64,000 nt of DNA, taken from Octopus sinensis. Lineage: Eukaryota. Under the pieces are notes generated by a model. That model was not told where the DNA came from and did no database searches. It saw only the letters and a list, made by a program, of their open reading frames with translations. The stretch covers positions 1 to 64,000 of the forward strand of contig NW_021831866.1 of NCBI RefSeq assembly GCF_006345805.1, in the 5' to 3' direction. The first letter of the stretch is position 1, and every line of letters begins with the position of its first letter. Positions 56,608-64,000 of the stretch are shown piece after piece. Position numbers and translations under genes: made by a program.

Positions 56608-57440
56608 TTGCTATGATGATTCGGTGTCTGACTGAAGATTGAAGGCTTCGAATGATTTGTCTGTGTTCCGTGTTCGTCCCTTCCTGTATTTCACGTTCAT
56701 TATATTAAAAACATTCATTCTTATATTATTGCGGCGTTACGTGCACCCCCCCCCCGTTTGTTTGTCCAATTTTAAACCCTGCACGACTTCTATAACACTG
56801 TCTTTTACTACCCGCCATTGCTTCTTCACCAAACTTTTTGGCGCCCTCCGATTCTTCCCCTCTCTTCCTCCCATCCTCCTCCCTCTTCCTCCCATCCTCC
56901 TAATCCCTTCTTCTCTTTCTCCTTTCTCTTGGTCACTGATTCTGTCCCCTGCCTTCCACCCTCTTTGATTCCCTCTCTCTCTGTCTCTCTTTCCTCTCTC
57001 CTGCGACCTGCTGCTTCTTCAACCATTCTGTTGGCCTTCGTATCTCGACCAACATGTGTCCCCGCTACCGAAACGGTAATTATTTCTACGCCAGCTGCTA
57101 TGTTGTTGTTGTTTTGTCTCATTTGGTCTAAAGTCGTATGACAACCACCGTTATATATATTTTGTTTATTCATTACTGTTTTCAATTTCGTTTTCGTCTC
57201 TTGTATTCACATCCGTCTTGTGCGTTCACATTCCTGTCTTCTACCAAGAAATCTAATGCTTACAGCTTAGTTTTTTTTCTTGGGGCTGGCCGAGTTGGAG
57301 CAAATATCAGAATTGAACAGCCGAAATTTGCTATGATGATTCGGTGTCTGACTGAAGATTGAAGGCTTCGAATTATTTGTCTGTGTTCCGTGTTCGTCCC
57401 TTCCTGTATTTCACGTTCATTATATATAAAAACATTCATT
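56608..57440 (+). mobile_element. Non-autonomous element with ~113 bp terminal direct repeats (pseudo-LTR-like)
   Basis: 56608-56719 matches 57328-57440; related sequence on the minus strand at 46100-46460; ends in (TA)n. Confidence 0.7.
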
Positions 57441-58722
57441 ATTATATATATATATACATACATACACACACATACGCACACACATATATATATATATATA
57501 GAGAGAGAGACATATATATATATGTGTGGGCATATAAATGTGATTGTATGTATATAGATATATGTGTTTTTGTATATAAATGTATATTTGTGCATGGGTG
57601 CATATACATGTGTATGTATATTTGTATGTAAATATATATATATATGCATATATGTACACACGCACACACACGTGTGTGTATGTGTGTGTGTATATATACG
57701 TATATACGTTGTTTGCAGATGAATGCATATACATATATACATTCAGTGTTGAATTGTTATTTCCTTTATACAATAAATACACCAATCAGATATTTTTTTG
57801 AAAGCCTCAAGTATATATTATAAACAGTCTATATTTGCTTATAGTGTGTTTAATCAGCGTTTAAGGTCGAGGCTTTTGGCGCCTGGTATGCTATGAAGCC
57901 TGTGATATTTTTAAGATATATTTTATAACCTCTTTCCTTTTAACAACCGATCAGGCGTTTGATTTTAATTGTGACCTTATTCATATCCAACCAATATATG
58001 CGTGTTTATTGTATCTATGGATATGTCTTCCTATGAGTTTAACTCTTATCTTATTCCTCGTTGATATTGTGCTATTAGATATTCTATGGTATTATATCTT
58101 CGTTCGGTTTCATGCTATTTTTGTTATAGTTATAATGTAGTCATGGGCAAACTCTGTCCCGTCGGACTCTCTGAATGGTATGCCTAACGGAAACTTAACT
58201 TGGATATTTGCGGGTCTCATGCAGCCCGCTTCTCGGAAAAAGTTGTCATTGTTTGGTTTAGAGTACTACTTCTTAAAAAAAATCTTTTACTTGTTTCAGC
58301 TATTTGACTGCGGCCATGCTGGGGCACCACCTTGAAGGATTTTAGTTCGAACAAATCAAGGCCAGTACTACATTTTTTTTTGCTAAACCCGTCTTGTAGT
58401 TATTCTATCATTCCCTTTTACCGAGCCGCTAAGTTATGGAGACAAACGAACTAATAGCAGTCAAGCGTAGCGGGCGACTGACATACACATACTCCGCGAA
58501 CAGGGGTATTCAGAGGTCGACACATACACACACACACGCTGGCTATTCAGTGGTCGGCAGTTCTCAAGCACCATAATCTGAGATTTATGGGATTAATTCT
58601 GAGGATTACTCTGTTGGCTCACTTATCAGCAGTCTTCTACTCCTGTGCATACATACAGCATATATATATAAATATATAATCATATATATTTGCGTATCTA
58701 TCTATCTATCTATCTATCTATA

Positions 58723-58762
<40 letters not shown>

Positions 58763-59314
58763 TAGATATTATTTGTGTCAACATTCATGTAACATCTATT
58801 ATATAACAACGTTATGAAACAGCTGTAAACGAATGAAATGAACATCTGTACTCTTTCACCTCATTTCTCTTATCTGTTTTCTATCTCTATCTCTGTCTCT
58901 CTCACAAAATATATATAATTGTTATTTAATTCTTTTTCTTTGCTTCAGTCATTTGACGGCGGCCATGCTGGAGCACAGCATTGAAGGATTTTAATCGAAC
59001 AAATCGATGTCAGGGCTTCTTTTTTAAGCCCAGTATTTATTCGATAGGTCTCTTGCCGAACTGCTAAGTTACAGGGATGTAAACACATTTACACCGGTTG
59101 TCAAACGGTGATGGGGGGCAATTGCGGACACACAAAGACACAGCCACATAGATACATTACACACACACACACATATATATGTACACTACGGGCTTCTTTC
59201 AGTTTCCGTCTACAAACTGTAGTAGAAGACAGTTGTCCAAGGTGCCACACAGTGAGACTGAACTCAGAACTTTGTAGCTGGGAACAATCTTCTTGTCACA
59301 CAACCACGTCTGCG

Positions 59315-59391
<77 letters not shown>

Positions 59392-59975
59392 GTGGTGCGT
59401 GTGTGTGTGAATATGTACGTATCCGTATCTCGGAAAAACTAGAGGCTTTTGCTAAACTATAAAGCTAATAGCAGCTTGAGAAAAAATTCCGAATATTCAT
59501 TCTATTCAGCTTCCATTTGCTCTTTGTTTTCGTGGACCTCAAAACCCCAACCAATCTACCATGTTCTACATCACATAACTGACACACCCTCCCCATCCAC
59601 GGGACAACCATCACCACAATCATCATCATCATCATCACAACCACCATCAGCACTACCACCTGCTATAGCGCCATCACAGAAACTATACTCTTCTTAACCT
59701 TTCTTACATCTTACACACACACACACAAACAAATATACTGACACAAATACACACACACGCAATAACCCTCCACAACCTCCCCCCACACCTCACAGAAACT
59801 TACACAGTCTATGGGTGCAGACGTGGCTGTGTGTTAAGAAGCTTGCTTCCAAAGTACAAGGTCCCGGGTTCCGTCCCACTGCGTGGCACCTTGGGCAAGT
59901 ATATTCTACTATAGTTTCGAGCCAACCAAAGTCCTGAGAGTGGATTTGGTAGATGGAAACTAAAAAATACCCATC

Positions 59976-60035
<60 letters not shown>

Positions 60036-60426
60036 ATATCTTTGTGTTTATCTCTACAATCGCTTGATAGCTGGTGATGGTTTGTTTACGTCCATGTAAC
60101 TTGATGGTTCGGCAAAAATAATAAAAAAAAACGATAGAATAAGTACACGGCTTAAAAAATACTAGGGGATTCATTCGACTAAAATATTTTTAAGGTGGTG
60201 CTCCAGCATGGCCGCTGTTTAATGATTGAAACAAATAAACCGTAAAACAATCACCACCCCAACAATAGTCTACCCCAAATTCACAAGCACACGTGCATAT
60301 ATCTTTGAAGACCGCGCCAATATAGGGACCTCATGAATCCACAGAACAGGAATCCTTGTACCCAGTGCGTCGCGTGGCTTCTAGAGCAACTTTTTGCTTC
60401 GAGGCACCATCCTTTCAATCAAAATT

Positions 60427-60733
60427 CATTATTTACATTTGACGTATATTTGTCCTCATATGGTGTAGGGGTTAAGAGCGCGGGCTACTAACCCCAAGAT
60501 TCCAAGTTCGATTCCAGGCAGTGGCCTGAATAATAATAAAAATAATAACAACATCGAAAAATACTTTAGGAATGAGAACCCAGGTTCGAAATTTTCCCAA
60601 GACACCTGATGAAGGCTGGAGAGTATATCAGCCCAAAATTTGTGTTAACAACAAACAAGATGAGGACAAATATCCGTCACTTGTAAATAATGTAAATAAT
60701 GTACATAATTTCTCATCTCTTAAATATAGAACT
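60427..60733 (+). mobile_element. tRNA-headed HHR/PLE-like element with a short inverted 5' stub
   Basis: 60427-60459 is the reverse complement of the element's own 3' part; head tggtgtaggggttaagagcgcgggctactaacccc..aagttcgattcc; decayed HHR 60602-60645; same tail. Confidence 0.85.
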
Positions 60734-61589
60734 CTAAAATTCATAATGTATACACCTTGTATTCATAGCTATATTTTACTTTATTCTATCTGAAGTTCAA
60801 TATTTCACGTTATCCTAAAGAACATCTTTTAAAGTACAACAAGTTAAATATATTTAGGTCTATTACAACTTTCAATAAGTAAAACTTCCATATATGAGAG
60901 TAATAAGGACCAGAGTACACAAAGCCCCATTTAAGTAGGAATGTTCTTTACAAGAACCTTTGCAGGTACAATGGATTACTATTTTATTTCTTGAAATTTT
61001 CAGTTAACATGGATACTCTTTTACTCTATTACTTGTTTCAGTCATTTGACTGTGCTGGAGCACCGCCTCTAGTCGAGCAAATCGACCCAGGACTTATTCT
61101 TTGTAAGCCCAGTACTTATTCTATCGGTCTCTTTTGCCGAACCGCTAAGTTACGGGGACGTAAACACACCAGCATCGGTTGTCAAGCGATGTTGCGGGAC
61201 AAACATAAACACACACACACACACACACACGACGAGCTTCTTTCAGTTTCCGTCTACCAAATCCACTCACAAGGCTTTGGTCGGCCCGAGGCAATAGTAG
61301 AAGACACTTGCACAAGTGAACCCGGGACCATGTGGTTGGTAAGCAAGCTACTTACCACACAACCACTCCTACGGATAGTTTAATTCTTGTTGAACATCTT
61401 AACCAAAGTAAATAGATGACTCACCTACGTACTTTGAGCTTAACATGGGGCCCCTCAACTGCGGAGGCCCCCTGCAACCGCAGGGGCTTAGCGACGGACT
61501 GCCTTGTAAACACACACATACGCTTACACACATTGTATATGTACTTACGCAAATACACATGGAGATAAGGAAACTTGTACTCGTACAGT

Positions 61590-62430
61590 GGCTCCTCCTC
61601 CCCCCTCCTCCTCCTACTACCATCGCCACCACCACCACCACGAACATTGCCACGACCATCACCACCTGTTAACAAATGTCCCTGTCATTCATCCTAACCA
61701 GGTATACACACACGCTGAAGATTCACCTCAGTGCGAAACAATCTCATATAATCACACACACACACACACATTCGTTTACATATACGCCGGAACGCAAATA
61801 AACGCCCACACAGCAACTGCCAATGGCTCCTCCGTCAACACCACCAGTACTACGTCACAAACCACTATCACCGCCACTACCAATCCCATAAACACAACTA
61901 CTACTACAACTACTACTACTACTTCTACTACTACTACCGCCCACATTACTACTACCACCACCGCCGCCACCAACATAATCAAGAACTTTATAATAACCGC
62001 CATCATTGCATGACCATCATCACCATCATCATCAGCAATAGCATCATCATTAACATCACTCCAACATAATGGCATCACTATAATCATCATCATCATCTCC
62101 AAAACCACCACCACCACCAATTACTATCACAGCTACTACTGTCACTACAACCTACACCCAAGCCAAAATCTCTGCCAACACCACCACCACCAGAATGTCC
62201 ACCACCAAGCATCCCCCTCGTCCCACCATCACCATTAAAACTCCCCTACTATCGCTCCTCTACTACTACAACCACTACCACCACCAAAACTACAACCGCC
62301 GCTTCGTTAACCATAATCGTCACCACCTTCACCACCGCCTCTATCACCATAATTACTAGCACCGAGCCCCGCCATCATCACCGCTGTAACCACCACCACC
62401 ACCACCACCAACGCCGTCGCCGCCCATACT
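61590..62430. repeat. Degenerate (ACC/ACT/CAT)n low-complexity tract
   Basis: Direct inspection. Confidence 0.85.
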
Positions 62431-62796
62431 ACAAAATCTTCAAGGTAGAGTACAATATGGTATCCGAGCCAAATCACTTGTAGCTTTTTATTAAAAGCCG
62501 ACCTTTAAATTAAGTTAGTTGCACCATGAAATTGTTAACACAGTGTTTCCAATTACCTCCCTTGGATTCCACCTCCCACCACGTGACCAAGTAAAAGCAG
62601 GTTTTTGCCAGCATTAATTCGCCGGATTCTTCTCTCCAACTGCAGAACCGTTCAAAGGTTACAACTGACCGCGAGTGCTTATTTACACAACTTCGAACAG
62701 AATATCACATATTTTAGTTAATTATTTTATTTTATTATTTCTCCGTTCTTAATATTTTTTAAATAATTTTTTGCATGTTGTATTTCGTCTTTGTCA

Positions 62797-62843
<47 letters not shown>

Positions 62844-63255
62844 TATTATTATTATTCTTTCTCGCTTATTTCAGAGGTTGGAAATAGGAATGGTGTATAG
62901 GTGAGATGCGATGTGGTGTGGCGAATTGTGGTTATTAGTGGCGTTACTGGCCGGAGGATTTTGATGGTTTCAAGATCCGTTTAGTTCCGGGCATACAAAA
63001 ACAAAAAAAAAAATGAAAAAAAGAAAAATGTAGAAAAAATAGATAATGCTATCTGCATTATTGTGTGCGTGTGTATGTGTTCACCCCCACACTCATGAAT
63101 GTACACAGATATATATATATATATATATATAATATATATAGACACTAACAGACACATACACACACACATATATATATATAATATAGACACTGACACATAT
63201 ATATGTATCTATACATAGACACACACACATATATATATATAGATACACTCACATC

Positions 63256-63296
<41 letters not shown>

Positions 63297-63495
63297 CACA
63301 CGCGCGCGCGCACACACACAATGCGCATATTCATATATATATACACAAACGTATATGTCTGTGTATAATGTGTGTGTATGTGTTTGTGTGTGTGTGTGTA
63401 GGCGTGTGTGTACAAGTGGTTATTGTCTTAATATAGTTTAACCAACATATGTTCATGTCTATTATACATAGAGACGCTTGTGGGTGTGGGTATAA

Positions 63496-63541
<46 letters not shown>

Positions 63542-64000
63542 CACACATATATTTATATATAAATATGCACATACACACATACATATAAATATAATATAAA
63601 TGCGCGTGTAAAGTCTTCTAGTGGTTAGATGTGGAGTTGAAAGGCGTTAGGTCGGGAGATCGGTTCTCACGTCCTCGAGCAAGGCACCTCATTCTACGTC
63701 GCTCATGTAATGTAGAAGGCTGAAAATAAATACCACCAGTAGCGATGGGGTGTAGACCATGTGACGGAGACCGCACAACTATTTTGTCCCTATTTAACAG
63801 GGCCACGAAATAAATAAAATAACTCCTAAAACAGTAATTCGGTCATTCCTTTTTGGGGTTTGAAGTGAAAGTTTGCTACAAAATATATTTTGTGCAGTAC
63901 CAAAAGTTGGTCACCTCAAGGTTCAGTCCTTATTGCGATGTTGTGGTTTGCATACCTCAATAACTGAAAACAGTACCAGAGGTGTGCAAAGTAGCTGTAG

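Noticed and set aside
61712-61745. CUGAAGA-ttcacctcagtgc-GAAACAAUC hammerhead-like string (similar weak hits near 9140-9175 and 51235-51260)
   Set aside because: No stem I pairing or the core is broken; compatible with chance.

Overview
Eukaryotic, AT-rich, repeat-saturated non-coding DNA (intergenic or intronic). By inference it is cephalopod, most likely Octopus, given the tRNA-derived CORE-like and Meta-like SINE families and the very dense (TA)n/(CA)n/(ATT)n/(CAA)n microsatellites. I found no intact host protein-coding gene, and nearly all listed ORFs are microsatellite or SINE artefacts. The recognisable coding remnants are all from transposons: Helitron PIF1-like helicase, Tc1/mariner transposases, and the C-terminus of an R4/Dong-like non-LTR element. 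The most striking signal is a set of minimal type I hammerhead ribozyme (HHR) motifs (CUGANGA...GAAA..UH) with family-specific paired stems, found in at least six unrelated short repeat families. Many sit in fold-back or direct-repeat arrangements typical of Penelope-like element (PLE) pseudo-LTRs. One family (three copies, at 12.9, 20.4 and 60.4 kb) joins a tRNA-like Pol III head to an HHR-bearing PLE-like tail and carries PLE-style inverted 5' stubs. It is a candidate Penelope-mobilised, ribozyme-carrying SINE. The window also holds a head-to-tail Helitron cluster, multimeric SINEs, nested MITEs and a 1.34 kb tandem duplication that may be an assembly artefact. All coordinates and folds were read by eye.
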